Source of the DNA: Candidatus Methanomethylicia archaeon
Lineage (GTDB): Archaea > Thermoproteota > Methanomethylicia > CALHIW01
Length of the DNA: 36,170 bases
Reading direction: 5' to 3'
NCBI GenBank assembly: GCA_038845975.1
Contig: JAWBQF010000028.1
Coordinates: forward strand, 1-36,170
Below are positions 21,088 to 30,843 of this stretch, piece by piece. The notes under the pieces are model-generated. The model was not told the origin of the DNA and made no database searches. It saw only the letters and a program-made list of their open reading frames with translations. Every line of letters starts with the position of its first letter. Position 1 is the first letter of the stretch. The translations under genes were made by a program, and so were the position numbers.

Positions 21088-21188
21088 TAGGATGCCATTA
21101 CTGATTATTAATGGCAAATGTTATCTGCTTTATGTTTAGAGTTCTCATTATTTTTGTATTCTGTATACGTTCACCGAGTTTATATATT

Positions 21189-21299
21189 GAACTCATTGCA
21201 AAACTTCAGAATTTAAGCATGTTAACAATCTTTTACAATACTATTCTCATGTAGAATTAAACCAGTTAAACCTTAGTAGTAGAGTTTTGCAATGACTTC
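21189..21299. mobile_element. 111-bp MITE
   Basis: 16/17 TIR GAACTCATTGCAAAACT / AGTTTTGCAATGACTTC; ATT on both flanks. Confidence 0.75.
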
Positions 21300-21521
21300 A
21301 TTATCAACATAGAGTTCCGTTTTATTTTTTGGACTTGATTTTATCGCAAGTGTTTTAAAAATAGTTGATTTTTACATTTTGCTTTGAATTTATAGCTGCT
21401 TTAAGAGGTACAATATGAAGGTGAACATTTATCAAGATCTAGAATAATGAAAGACTATACACATCTCTATATATAATAAATTGAAGCAAGTCACAATTCA
21501 AACATACTACAAATAATAAGA

Positions 21522-21580
21522 GGTTCTATGAACTTTAGATATAGGAAGTGCATGTATTTGATTTTTTAAGTTCATAGTAC
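21522..21580. mobile_element. About 58-bp mini-MITE with IS6 lineage A-like ends
   Basis: GTTCTATGAACTTTA vs rc of right end GTACTATGAACTTAA (13/15). Confidence 0.55.
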
Positions 21581-21691
21581 AAAACAAATGTGAAAACTTA
21601 ACAGTCATTTAATTTGGCTTCCATAGCTATTCACATAGAATCCAATAATAGTTTTAATAACTCATTTAAAGATGCTTATAAGATTCTCATT

Positions 21692-21780
21692 GAATCTGTC
21701 TGAAAACTCCATAATTAATTGATGGTTAACTTATTAACCTAATCAAGTCTTAACAATATTTAAGAGTTTCAGATGAATTC
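21692..21780. mobile_element. 89-bp MITE, copy 2 (inverted relative to 400-483)
   Basis: Reverse complement shares AAACTCTTAAATATTGTTAAGACTT and AATAAGTTAACCA with 400-483; ATT on both flanks. Confidence 0.8.
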
Positions 21781-21830
21781 ATTAATTAAAGTTAGTCATA
21801 TATCAATTTAAACTATATTTTACACTTGTT

Positions 21831-21962
21831 GGCTTTTTGAACTTTAGCTTTATTTATTACCCTCTTATTTATGGTGTTAATATAGTTAAAGTTGTTAGGT
21901 TTGTTAGGATAACTCTATTTTTTCTAGCTTTATGTTGCTATATATTTTTGTTCATCTAGATA
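21831..21962 (+). mobile_element. Truncated left-end fragment of IS6 lineage A
   Basis: Starts GGCTTTTTGAACTTTAG; aligns with 21963-22102 and 35364-35490. Confidence 0.75.
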
Positions 21963-22680
21963 GGCTTTGTTAACTTTAGATTTATTTGGGAGTTCTCTCC
22001 CCTATTTATGGTGTTAGTATGTCTAAAGTTATCAAGTTTGTTAGGGAGAGAACTCCATTTACTCTAGTTGTTTATTGCTTATATATATTTTCGTTCTTCT
22101 AGGATGGCTTCAGATATTCTAAGCTTCATTATTGTTAGGAGCTATGTATCTATATTATGGTTTATCTTAATCTTCTATTGATTTTGATAGGAGGGATGTT
22201 AGGATTGTTATGGTTGATGATACTATTATTAATGTGGGATCTATGAGGAAGATTGTTTATGTTCGTTTGAGCCATTATTGAGGAGGATTCTATATGTATG
22301 GGTTTTTATGTTGCAACATACTTACATCACTAACATTAGAAAATTAGAGCTATTTACGGTTCTAATATAGTTGTATTAAGTGATGGAGCTCATTATTATA
22401 AAGCATCATGAGAATATTAAAATTAAAACATGAATTGTATAGTTTAGAAGTTAGGAATCTAATGGAGAGAATAATACAGTATATAGGATAGAACTAGACT
22501 ATTCGATAACTACATACCGTGCATGAAGGATAAATGCGGTAATGAGCATGCATTAATGCTTATGAAGTCAATAGCATAGCTAAACGAAACATGGATTAAC
22601 AGGAAAATAAAAGCTAAGAATTCATAGAAAACATAATACCGAAAATAGAGGTGATAAACATGCTTAAGTTCATAAAGTCC
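21963..22680 (+). mobile_element. Full-length decayed IS6-family element (lineage A), DDE transposase pseudogene
   Basis: TIRs GGCTTTGTTAACTTTAG / CTTAAGTTCATAAAGTCC; frames read FVRERTP, VMVDDTIINVG, FEPLLRRIL, VLSDGAHYY, RNLMERIIQYI, DRTRLFDNYIPC (D-D-E) with several frameshifts. Confidence 0.88.
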
Positions 22681-22750
22681 ATTTGTTGCTATTAAAATTT
22701 ATATAGATGTTTCTCTTTAGATGTTAAGTTAAGCTAATATAGTGGATAAA

Positions 22751-23212
22751 ATGCCAATATGGAAATATTCAGTTACTGGATTGGATCCAGATAAAATGGC
22801 TATTGCAAGTGGTCGTGAATTGCCTATAAGTCCTAAGGCAGCTCGTGAAATATGCGCATCCATTAAAGGTTTATCATTGGAAGATGCAAAAAAAATGCTT
22901 GAAGAAGTTATAGCCTTAAAACGCCCTATACCATATAAAAGATATTTTAAAAAAATTCCTCATAGACATGAGCTTAATAAATGGCCAGCAGGAAGATATC
23001 CTGTTAAAGCTGCAAAGTACATTTTAAAAGTTTTAAAGAATGCTGAAGCAAATGCTGAGAATAAAGGTCTTGATGTTTCCAGATTATATATAACTCATGC
23101 TGCATCTCACCGTGGTTTTAAGATCAGGAAATATATTCCTAGAGCATTCGGAAGATCAACACCATTTTTTCATACACTAACTCACATTGAAATCATTGTT
23201 GAGGAAAGATGA
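22751..23212 (+). CDS. rpl22: 50S ribosomal protein L22
   Basis: ISPKAAREIC, GRYPVKAA, NAEANAENKGL, PRAFGR, HIEI. Confidence 0.98.
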   Translation: MPIWKYSVTGLDPDKMAIASGRELPISPKAAREICASIKGLSLEDAKKMLEEVIALKRPIPYKRYFKKIPHRHELNKWPAGRYPVKAAKYILKVLKNAEANAENKGLDVSRLYITHAASHRGFKIRKYIPRAFGRSTPFFHTLTHIEIIVEER

Positions 23213-23215
23213 CCT

Positions 23216-23833
23216 ATGGTAATAATTAAAAAATATTTTATAAGTAAAGGAATTACAAAAATGGAAATTGATGAATTTTTTTCAAGAGAAGTTAAAAAAG
23301 CAGGATATGCCGGTGTGAATATTAGGAAAACAGCTATTGGTACACGTATTACTCTATATGTTGAGCGACCAGGGCTTGTTATTGGAAGGCATGGTACAAC
23401 AATTCGTGAGCTTGCCCAAAAACTTGAAACTATTTTTAAGATTGAAAATCCTCAAATAGCAGTAACCCCCATCAATATTCCGGAGTTAAATGCCAAGATT
23501 ATGGCAGGTAGGATTGCTTCAGCGCTTGAGAGAGGAATACATTTTAGAAGAGCAGCATTTGCAGCTTTAAACCAAATCATGAGAGCCGGCGCAAAGGGAG
23601 CTGAAATAACTATTAGAGGAAAACTTACAAGTGAGCGTGCACGGTATGAGAAATATCGTGCAGGATTACTTATTAAGGCAGGTGCGCCATATAAGATGTT
23701 TATTGATGAGGCTGTTACCCATGTTTTACTAAAGCCAGGTCTTTATGGAATTAAAGTTAGAATACTTCAACCAACATATTCTCCAGAAGATTTGATATTT
23801 AAACCATTGAAAGCACAAATCCAAGTCGGGTGA
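23216..23833 (+). CDS. rps3: 30S ribosomal protein S3
   Basis: RPGLVIGRHG, GIHFRRAA, GAKGAEITIRGKL. Confidence 0.98.
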   Translation: MVIIKKYFISKGITKMEIDEFFSREVKKAGYAGVNIRKTAIGTRITLYVERPGLVIGRHGTTIRELAQKLETIFKIENPQIAVTPINIPELNAKIMAGRIASALERGIHFRRAAFAALNQIMRAGAKGAEITIRGKLTSERARYEKYRAGLLIKAGAPYKMFIDEAVTHVLLKPGLYGIKVRILQPTYSPEDLIFKPLKAQIQVG

Positions 23834-23838
23834 GTATT

Positions 23839-24063
23839 GTGGCTATTTTTAAGTTGAAGGAGTTGAGACAAATGAAAACTGATGAAAGAGAAAGAAAATT
23901 AAGTGAACTAAGAGCAGAGCTTCTTAGACTTAGAACACAGAAAAATTCAGGTGCTATTGAAAACCCAGGCAGAATTAGAGAAATCAAGAAAGCTATAGCT
24001 AGGATTTTAACAATTGAGAATGAAATTAGAAGAGGTGTAAATGTTGAAGCTAAATCCGGATAA
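23839..24063 (+). CDS. rpl29: 50S ribosomal protein L29
   Basis: ENPGRIREIKKAIARILT; GTG after GGTGA. Confidence 0.95.
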   Translation: MAIFKLKELRQMKTDERERKLSELRAELLRLRTQKNSGAIENPGRIREIKKAIARILTIENEIRRGVNVEAKSG

Positions 24064-24334
24064 TATACTTAATAATTCGATAATAGGAGTAAAGGCAAAA
24101 ATATACTCTCCTTCCCATGCATTCAAACCCGTGTATGGAACTATAATTGATGAGTCACAAAATACAATTACTATATCGACACATAAAGGCATAAAGAAGT
24201 TTCTAAAGAAATCTTTGATATTACGTTTATACCTACATAATGGTTATGTTGTTGAAGTAAATGGTGAAGGACTTGTAGGTACTCTTGCTGAAAGAATTAA
24301 GAGGAGAGGCATACACTATGGTAAGAGATTTTAA
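24041..24334 (+). CDS. rnp1: RNase P protein subunit Rpp29 (Rnp1)
   Basis: IIGVKAKI, GTIIDESQNTI, VNGEGLVG..AERIK; canonical position between rpl29 and rps17. Confidence 0.85.
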   Translation: MLKLNPDNILNNSIIGVKAKIYSPSHAFKPVYGTIIDESQNTITISTHKGIKKFLKKSLILRLYLHNGYVVEVNGEGLVGTLAERIKRRGIHYGKRF

Positions 24335-24647
24335 TATTCCAGAAATAAAACCTCCAGAAAGAGAATGTAACGATAAAAATTGTCCATATCATGGAAATCT
24401 AAGTGTTCGCGGTCATATAATAAAGGGCATAGTTATAAGCACTAAGATGCAGAAAACAGCTACAGTTATGTACGAATACATAATTAAAGATCATAAATAT
24501 AATAGATATGAACGTAGACGGTCAAAAATACATGCACATAATCCTCCATGTATAAATGCTAAAGAAGGTGATAGAGTAGTCATTTATGAATGCCGTCCTC
24601 TTGCTAAGACCGTAGCTCATGTTATTGTTGGAATTTTAGGGAGGTAA
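24318..24647 (+). CDS. rps17: 30S ribosomal protein S17
   Basis: CNDKNCPYHG, YERRRSKIHAHNPPC, ECRPLAKT. Confidence 0.98.
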   Translation: MVRDFNIPEIKPPERECNDKNCPYHGNLSVRGHIIKGIVISTKMQKTATVMYEYIIKDHKYNRYERRRSKIHAHNPPCINAKEGDRVVIYECRPLAKTVAHVIVGILGR

Positions 24648-24653
24648 TATAGA

Positions 24654-25079
24654 ATGGCTAAACGTGGTAAACATTTAGTTGGTATATCATATAGGCCAGG
24701 ACTTAGTAGAGGGATACTGGCTGGGACTATATTAAAATGTGCTGATAATAGTGGTGCTAAAGAGCTAAAAGTTATTGGTGTTGAAAGACTTAAAGTGAGG
24801 CTAAGAAGAATACCTTCTGCTACCGTTGGTGATATGGTGATTGCATCTGTGAGAAAAGGTACACCAGAAATGAGAAGACAAATAGTTAGAGCAATAATTA
24901 TACGTCAAAGAAAACCATATAGAAGAATGGATGGTGTATGGGTACAATTTGAAGATAATGCTGCGGTAATAGTTACGCCCGAAGGTGATCCAAAAGGTAC
25001 TGAAATAAGAGGTCCTATAGCTAAAGAGGCTGCTGATAGGTTTCCTAAGCTTGCAGCACTTGCAACAATGATTCTTTAG
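24654..25079 (+). CDS. rpl14: 50S ribosomal protein L14
   Basis: CADNSGAKEL, FEDNAAVIV, GPIAKEAA. Confidence 0.98.
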   Translation: MAKRGKHLVGISYRPGLSRGILAGTILKCADNSGAKELKVIGVERLKVRLRRIPSATVGDMVIASVRKGTPEMRRQIVRAIIIRQRKPYRRMDGVWVQFEDNAAVIVTPEGDPKGTEIRGPIAKEAADRFPKLAALATMIL

Positions 25080-25088
25080 GTGTAGATT

Positions 25089-25454
25089 ATGAGCCAACCA
25101 AGAAGACAGAGAAAACTTTTCTTCAAAGCTCCTCTTCATATAAGACAAAAAATGATACGTGCAAAGCTTTCTAATGAACTTAGACAACAATATGGTATTA
25201 AAAGATTCTCTATTAGGAAAGGTGATGTAGTTAGAATATTAAGAGGTGATTTTAAAGGGCATGAAGGGAAAGTTGTAAAAGTTGATTTAAAAAGGATAAG
25301 AATACATATTGAAGGCGTTACTATAACTAAAGCTGACGGGTCCTCTATTTTAAGACCTATTCATCCATCAAAAGTTGAAATAGTTAAGCTTGATTTAAGC
25401 GATAAATACCGTCGATTCATCTTAGATCGTATTAAAGGGATAGGTGAAAAATAA
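25089..25454 (+). CDS. rpl24: 50S ribosomal protein L24
   Basis: SQPRRQRK, RKGDVVRILRGDFKG, PIHPSKV. Confidence 0.97.
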   Translation: MSQPRRQRKLFFKAPLHIRQKMIRAKLSNELRQQYGIKRFSIRKGDVVRILRGDFKGHEGKVVKVDLKRIRIHIEGVTITKADGSSILRPIHPSKVEIVKLDLSDKYRRFILDRIKGIGEK

Positions 25455-26197
25455 TGGGTAGGAAAGGTGCTTTAAGACATTTAAAAAGACATGCGTCGCC
25501 AGCATTCTGGCCAATACATAGGAAGGAATACACTTGGACTGTGAGACCATTACCTGGTCCTCATCCAATACGTTTTTCTATACCTCTAGGAATAGTTATT
25601 AGGGACTTACTAAAATATGCGTTAACAATGAAGGAAGCTAAAAGAATAATATCTCAAGGATTGGTTAAAATAGATAATGTAGTTAGAAGAGATCATCGCT
25701 TTCCTATAGGATTCATGGATGTATTAAGTCTAATACCATTAAATAAGAACTATAGAGTAATCCCTAATCAAAGTAAAATCATAAGTTTAATAGAGATCCC
25801 TGAAAATGAAACTTCATACAAGCTTTGTAGAATTGAAAATAAGACATTAGTTAGTGGTAACAATATTCAGTTAACTCTACATGATGGACGTGCGGTGAAA
25901 CTTAAATCTGAAAATAATTCTCTATCTAGTTTATCAAGATTTGATACTGTTAAAATATCAATTCCTGATGGTAAGATAGTAGATTATGTAAAGCTTAATA
26001 GTAATCCACTAGTAATAGTTATTGGCGGAAAAAATATAGGTTTAACTGGCAGGTTAATTGAAATTAGATCTGTAAGGAAAAGAGACCTTAATATAGCCTC
26101 AATTCAAAAAGTAGACGGTACTGTTTTCCAGACAATATTAAAATATGTATTTCCAATAGGTATTGAAAAACCCTTATTAACAATATCAGCGCTATAG
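25454..26197 (+). CDS. rps4e: 30S ribosomal protein S4e
   Basis: HLKRHASPAFWPI, PGPH, FPIGFMDV, LHDGR. Confidence 0.97.
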   Translation: MGRKGALRHLKRHASPAFWPIHRKEYTWTVRPLPGPHPIRFSIPLGIVIRDLLKYALTMKEAKRIISQGLVKIDNVVRRDHRFPIGFMDVLSLIPLNKNYRVIPNQSKIISLIEIPENETSYKLCRIENKTLVSGNNIQLTLHDGRAVKLKSENNSLSSLSRFDTVKISIPDGKIVDYVKLNSNPLVIVIGGKNIGLTGRLIEIRSVRKRDLNIASIQKVDGTVFQTILKYVFPIGIEKPLLTISAL

Positions 26198-26206
26198 GTG
26201 TAAATT

Positions 26207-26722
26207 ATGGAGGGGCTTATGAGAAAAGTTAGAATAGAAAAGGTTGTAGTTAACATTGGGGTAGGCAGTTCTGGAGAAAAACTGAATAAAGCTATGCAAG
26301 TTCTTGAAATGATAACTGGGCAAAAACCTGCACCGAGGAAGGCTAAAAAAACCATAAAGGAATTTAAAATTAAAAAGGGTGAAAACATAGCATGCATTGT
26401 GACTTTAAGAAAGGAAAAAGCAAAGAATTTCTTATCTAAGGCTCTGTTAGCTATTGGTAATAAAATTAAGGCTGGATGGTTTGATGATAGAGGTAATATG
26501 TCATTTGGCATCAGAGAACATATTCAAATACCAGGTACAAAGTATGATCCTGAGCTGGGAATTTTTGGAATGAATATATGCGTATTACTATCAAGACCTG
26601 GATATAGAGTTAAATTAAGAAGACGTAAACGATCAAAAATTGGAAGGAATCATTTAGTTAGTAGAACAGAAGCTATGAATTTTTTTAGAAAAGAATTTAA
26701 TGTTGAAATTATAGGTGAGTAA
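26207..26722 (+). CDS. rpl5: 50S ribosomal protein L5
   Basis: KVVVNIGVG, SFGIREHI, YDPELGIFGM, RPGYRV. Confidence 0.98.
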   Translation: MEGLMRKVRIEKVVVNIGVGSSGEKLNKAMQVLEMITGQKPAPRKAKKTIKEFKIKKGENIACIVTLRKEKAKNFLSKALLAIGNKIKAGWFDDRGNMSFGIREHIQIPGTKYDPELGIFGMNICVLLSRPGYRVKLRRRKRSKIGRNHLVSRTEAMNFFRKEFNVEIIGE

Positions 26723-26725
26723 TAT

Positions 26726-26890
26726 ATGGGAAAGTATAAAATGCCTAAAAAAAGAGAATTTGGTAAAGGGAGCCGGAAGTGTAGACGATGTGGTACATAT
26801 GAAGCAATAATACAAAAATATGGACTATTAATATGTCGTAGATGTTTTAGAGAGGTAGCTGAAAAAATAGGTTTTAAAAAGTATTCATGA
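26726..26890 (+). CDS. rps14: 30S ribosomal protein S14 (Zn-finger type), 54 aa, not in ORF track
   Basis: [50 protein letters not shown]. Confidence 0.96.
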   Translation: MGKYKMPKKREFGKGSRKCRRCGTYEAIIQKYGLLICRRCFREVAEKIGFKKYS

Positions 26891-26900
26891 GGTAATATAA

Positions 26901-27290
26901 ATGATGCTGGATCCCCTAGCTAATGCCCTCATAATGATTAAAAACTCTGAACATAGAGGATTAAAGGAATGTATAATTAAACCAGCTTCTCATCTTATTG
27001 CTGAGGTACTTAAAGTAATGCAGAAATTAGGCTATATAGGTGAATTTGAATACATAGATGATGGAAGAACTGGAAAGTTCAGAGTTCAACTTTTAGGTCG
27101 AATAAATAATTGTGGCCCAATAAAGCCTCGTTTTCCGGTAAAGCATGATAATTATGAAATTTTTGAAAAAAGGTTCCTTCCATCAAGAGATTTAGGTGCT
27201 ATAATTGTTTCAACAAATCAAGGAATAATGACTCATAACGAAGCTAAACGTAAGAAGCTTGGAGGTGTTCTACTAGCCTATGTCTACTAA
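26901..27290 (+). CDS. rps8: 30S ribosomal protein S8
   Basis: [38 protein letters not shown]. Confidence 0.98.
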   Translation: MMLDPLANALIMIKNSEHRGLKECIIKPASHLIAEVLKVMQKLGYIGEFEYIDDGRTGKFRVQLLGRINNCGPIKPRFPVKHDNYEIFEKRFLPSRDLGAIIVSTNQGIMTHNEAKRKKLGGVLLAYVY

Positions 27291-27855
27291 TGAAGTTCCT
27301 ATTAAGAGATGTCTACACCATGTTTTAATAGAAATACCAAAAAACGTAAGTGTTAAAATAGATGGTAAAATGGTTATCATGCAAGGCCCTAAAGGAGTTA
27401 TAAGTAGAGATTTCTCAAAATGCCCTGTTCAAATAGAATTCGTCAATAACAAACATATTATCATTAAAGCTATTAATTATAAAAAATTTAGTAAAGCTAA
27501 TGTAGAAACTGTTGCAGCACATATTAAAAACATGATTAGAGGAGTAACTAAAGGGTTTAAGTATATACTAAAAATTGTATACTCACACTTTCCAATAACA
27601 GTAGAGGTTAAGGAGGATTTAAGAGAAGTTTGGATTAAGTCGTTTAAGGGAGAAAAAGGTATTAGAAAAGCTAAAATATTTGGTAGTGATGTTTCAGTCT
27701 CTGTTTCAGGTGATGAAATAATAATAACTGGTATTAATATCGAAAATGTAGGTCAAACCGCTGCGAATATTTGTCAGACAGCCCGTATTAAAGGACTTGA
27801 TCCAAGAGTATTCCAAGATGGTATATATCTTTACTCAAAAGGTGAAATCTCATGA
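27280..27855 (+). CDS. rpl6: 50S ribosomal protein L6
   Basis: [34 protein letters not shown]. Confidence 0.97.
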   Translation: MSTNEVPIKRCLHHVLIEIPKNVSVKIDGKMVIMQGPKGVISRDFSKCPVQIEFVNNKHIIIKAINYKKFSKANVETVAAHIKNMIRGVTKGFKYILKIVYSHFPITVEVKEDLREVWIKSFKGEKGIRKAKIFGSDVSVSVSGDEIIITGINIENVGQTAANICQTARIKGLDPRVFQDGIYLYSKGEIS

Positions 27856-28268
27856 AATGGTGGAGCAAAACAGTTAAGAGATACTTTAAGTTAAGAGAGA
27901 AGTTAAATAGTAAAAGGCCCAAATTCATCGTTATGGACTCGTGGAGACTTAAAAGATTACCAGATGGTTGGCGTAGACCACGAGGAAATGAAAATAAAAT
28001 TAGAATATGTAAAAAAGGGTATCCAATACGTGTTAAAGTAGGTTATAGAGGTCCTAAAATTATTCGTGGCTATCATCCATCAGGATTCAGACCCGTAATT
28101 GTTCACAATGAGGAGGAATTGCTTAAAATAAATCCTAAAAGGGAAGCAGCAATAATAGCACACACAGTAGGATTTAGGAAAAGATCAATGATCGAATCGA
28201 AAGCTAAAGAATTAGGTATTAGAATCCTTAATTCAGTAAATACTGAAAGTTCCAAGGTGGGTTCATAA
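27852..28268 (+). CDS. rpl32e: 50S ribosomal protein L32e
   Basis: WRRPRG, VGYRGP, HPSG, IAHTVG. Confidence 0.96.
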   Translation: MKWWSKTVKRYFKLREKLNSKRPKFIVMDSWRLKRLPDGWRRPRGNENKIRICKKGYPIRVKVGYRGPKIIRGYHPSGFRPVIVHNEEELLKINPKREAAIIAHTVGFRKRSMIESKAKELGIRILNSVNTESSKVGS

Positions 28269-28711
28269 TGAGTGTTAAACTTGTAAAAAGACTTGCATCA
28301 GATATACTAAGAGTTGGTAAATCAAGAATTTGGATTGATCCTGAGCAAATAGATAGAGTAGTAGAAGCTGTTACTAGGAAGGATGTTAAAAAACTCATTA
28401 ATGAGGGCTTAGTAAGAAGGAAACCTGAAAAAGGTGTTAGTAAGTTTAGGTCACACTTATTAAGATTAAAACGTAAGAAAGGATTAAGAAAGGGATTTGG
28501 AAGTAGGAAAGGATCACGTAAAAATGTTAAAAGTAGGGAGTATGTTTCAAAAATCAGAGCTATGAGAAGTTTTCTAAAAATACTTAGAAACAGAAAAATA
28601 ATATCTGTAAAGGATTACAGAACACTCTATAAAATGGTTAAAGGTGGTTTCTTCAAATCAAAATCTCAAATAAAAGCATATATTGAAGATAAGGGACTAA
28701 AAAGGAGGTAG
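28268..28711 (+). CDS. rpl19e: 50S ribosomal protein L19e
   Basis: KRLASDIL.VGKSRIWIDP, GSRKG, YRTLYKMVKGG. Confidence 0.97.
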   Translation: MSVKLVKRLASDILRVGKSRIWIDPEQIDRVVEAVTRKDVKKLINEGLVRRKPEKGVSKFRSHLLRLKRKKGLRKGFGSRKGSRKNVKSREYVSKIRAMRSFLKILRNRKIISVKDYRTLYKMVKGGFFKSKSQIKAYIEDKGLKRR

Positions 28712-28715
28712 TAAT

Positions 28716-29312
28716 ATGGCTAGAGGCCCAAGATATAAAGTAAAATTTAGGAGACATAGAAATGGAAAGACAGATTATAGACTTAGAAAAGAAATATTGA
28801 AATCAGGTAAGATTATGTTCACTCCCCGTCCATCTCTTAATGGAATTCTTGTTCAGATAATAATGCCGAAGATCGGCGGTGATGTAACTCTCTCATCATC
28901 ATCATCTAGACTCCTAGTTAGAAAATTCGGCTGGAAATATCATACTGGAAATGTCCCAGCAGCATATCTTGTTGGTTTAATAGCTGGACTAGAGGCTATT
29001 AGGAGAAATGTAAAGGAAGCTGTACTATACATAGGCAGATATACAGTAACAAGAGGATCGAGAATTTTTGCTGCTGTAAAGGGAGCTATCGATGCCGGAT
29101 TAAATATACCATGTAGTGATGAGATGTTTCCATCAACGGAAAGAATTAGAGGTCTTCATATTGCTAAATATGCAGAAAAATTACAGGTAGAAAATCCAAT
29201 TCAATATCAAAGACAATTTTCAAGATATATTTCAAACAATTTATCTCCTATAGATCTTCCACTTCATTTTGATGAAATTAAATTAAAAATATTAAAATCG
29301 TATGGTAGGTAA
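28716..29312 (+). CDS. rpl18: 50S ribosomal protein L18
   Basis: MARGPRYKVKFRR, GKTDY, NVPAAYLVG, KGAIDAGL. Confidence 0.97.
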   Translation: MARGPRYKVKFRRHRNGKTDYRLRKEILKSGKIMFTPRPSLNGILVQIIMPKIGGDVTLSSSSSRLLVRKFGWKYHTGNVPAAYLVGLIAGLEAIRRNVKEAVLYIGRYTVTRGSRIFAAVKGAIDAGLNIPCSDEMFPSTERIRGLHIAKYAEKLQVENPIQYQRQFSRYISNNLSPIDLPLHFDEIKLKILKSYGR

Positions 29313-29316
29313 AAAT

Positions 29317-29946
29317 ATGTCGCTAGCTAAAAATCTTGAAGAATGGATTCCGCGAACAAGAGCTGGAAAACTAGTTAAGGAGGGTAAGATAACATCAATT
29401 AATCAAATTTTTGAGAATAATTTACCTATTAAAGAAGTCGAAATAATTGACCTATTACTACCAAATTTAAAGAGTGAAATAATCGCTGTAAATCTTGTTC
29501 AAAGACAAACTGATGCTGGTGAAACTAGTAGATTTAAGGTCATGGTTGCAGTTGGTAATAGTGATGGATATATAGGTATAGGCGTTGGAAAATCCAAACA
29601 AATACATTTTGCAATTGAAAAGGCAACTCTTGATGCAAAACTTAATGTAATTCCTGTAAGGAGAGGATGTGGTAGTTGGGAATGTCTTTGCGAATCTCTT
29701 CATAGTATACCCTTTAAAGTGATAGGTAAAGCTGGATCTGTTGAAATAATGCTTCTTCCTGCACCTAAAGGTACTGGTCTAGTAACCGGAGAAGTAGCGA
29801 AAACATTGCTTAATCTTGTAGGGATAGAAGATATTTACTCATATACTAAAGGAGAAACTAGAACAACGATGAACTTTGCTCTAGCAACATTTGAAGCCCT
29901 TAAAAAAACTTACGGCTTAAAACTGCCTAAAGATTGGGTGAGATAA
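29317..29946 (+). CDS. rps5: 30S ribosomal protein S5
   Basis: WIPRTRAGKLV, VQRQTDAGE, VRRGCGSWEC, PAPKGTGLV. Confidence 0.98.
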   Translation: MSLAKNLEEWIPRTRAGKLVKEGKITSINQIFENNLPIKEVEIIDLLLPNLKSEIIAVNLVQRQTDAGETSRFKVMVAVGNSDGYIGIGVGKSKQIHFAIEKATLDAKLNVIPVRRGCGSWECLCESLHSIPFKVIGKAGSVEIMLLPAPKGTGLVTGEVAKTLLNLVGIEDIYSYTKGETRTTMNFALATFEALKKTYGLKLPKDWVR

Positions 29947-29948
29947 AA

Positions 29949-30422
29949 ATGTCTAGAATATTTGCTGTAATTAGGTTAAGAGGGACATCGGGTTTACATC
30001 CTGATGTTAAAACTACCCTTTCATTACTAAAATTACATAAGCCCCATCATATGGTTATAGTAGAATGTACTCAATCAATTCAAGGAATGTTAAAGAAGGC
30101 GTCAAATTGCATTACGTGGGGTGAATTATCAGCTGATGTCTTATCATTAGTACTTAAGAAGAGGTGTTATTTAATTGGTAACGAAAAACTTACAGATGAG
30201 CATGTTAGGAAATATACAAAATATACATCAATAGATGAGCTTGCAAAAGCTATTGTAAATAATGAGATTAAATTAAAGGAAATACCTAAATTAAAACCTG
30301 TTTTTCGGCTTCATCCACCAAGTGGAGGATATAAAAAATCAATAAAGAGGCATTACGGAAATGGTGGTGAATTAGGATATCGTGGTGAAGCTATTAATAG
30401 TTTAATCAAGAGAATGATTTAA
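29949..30422 (+). CDS. rpl30: 50S ribosomal protein L30
   Basis: AVIRLRG, ITWGE, FRLHPPSGG, GELGYRGEAIN.LIKRMI. Confidence 0.97.
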   Translation: MSRIFAVIRLRGTSGLHPDVKTTLSLLKLHKPHHMVIVECTQSIQGMLKKASNCITWGELSADVLSLVLKKRCYLIGNEKLTDEHVRKYTKYTSIDELAKAIVNNEIKLKEIPKLKPVFRLHPPSGGYKKSIKRHYGNGGELGYRGEAINSLIKRMI

Positions 30423-30791
30423 AATACTTATATCACACTTTTTGACATGCAACGTTTCTCTAAGATCATCAGATATTTTTCTAAAAAAATTATTATCTAT
30501 CACTTTAACTACCAAATGAATAATTATCTCTTCTCCTTTTTCTTCAAATTTAGCTGTTTTAAGTTCGCTATACTCAGCTAGCTTTAGCATAACATTCGCT
30601 TTAATACCTGGAACATTGTTTACTTGAACTCTAACATACACGACAACATCATTTAAATCTCCTATTCTTTTCAGCATTAACTTCTTACCATGTTTATACA
30701 CTAAAAAGCAACCATCGTCAATATTTAGTTCTCTTATTGGTATAGTTATTTTACCGTTACTAGAAGATAGCAAAATGAACATAACTCCCAC
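30402..30791 (-). CDS. Hypothetical protein, putative N-terminal AbrB-like and C-terminal ACT-like domains
   Basis: SSNGKITIPIRELNI..FLVY..GKKLMLKRI; VRVQVNNVPGIKANVMLKLAE; 129 aa ORF outside other genes except a 21-nt tail overlap with rpl30. Confidence 0.6.
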   Translation of the reverse strand: MGVMFILLSSSNGKITIPIRELNIDDGCFLVYKHGKKLMLKRIGDLNDVVVYVRVQVNNVPGIKANVMLKLAEYSELKTAKFEEKGEEIIIHLVVKVIDNNFFRKISDDLRETLHVKKCDISILNHSLD

Positions 30792-30843
30792 TTTATTACA
30801 ATACTGATTTAAGCTCTCTTTTAAATTTACTTATGAGGTATTT

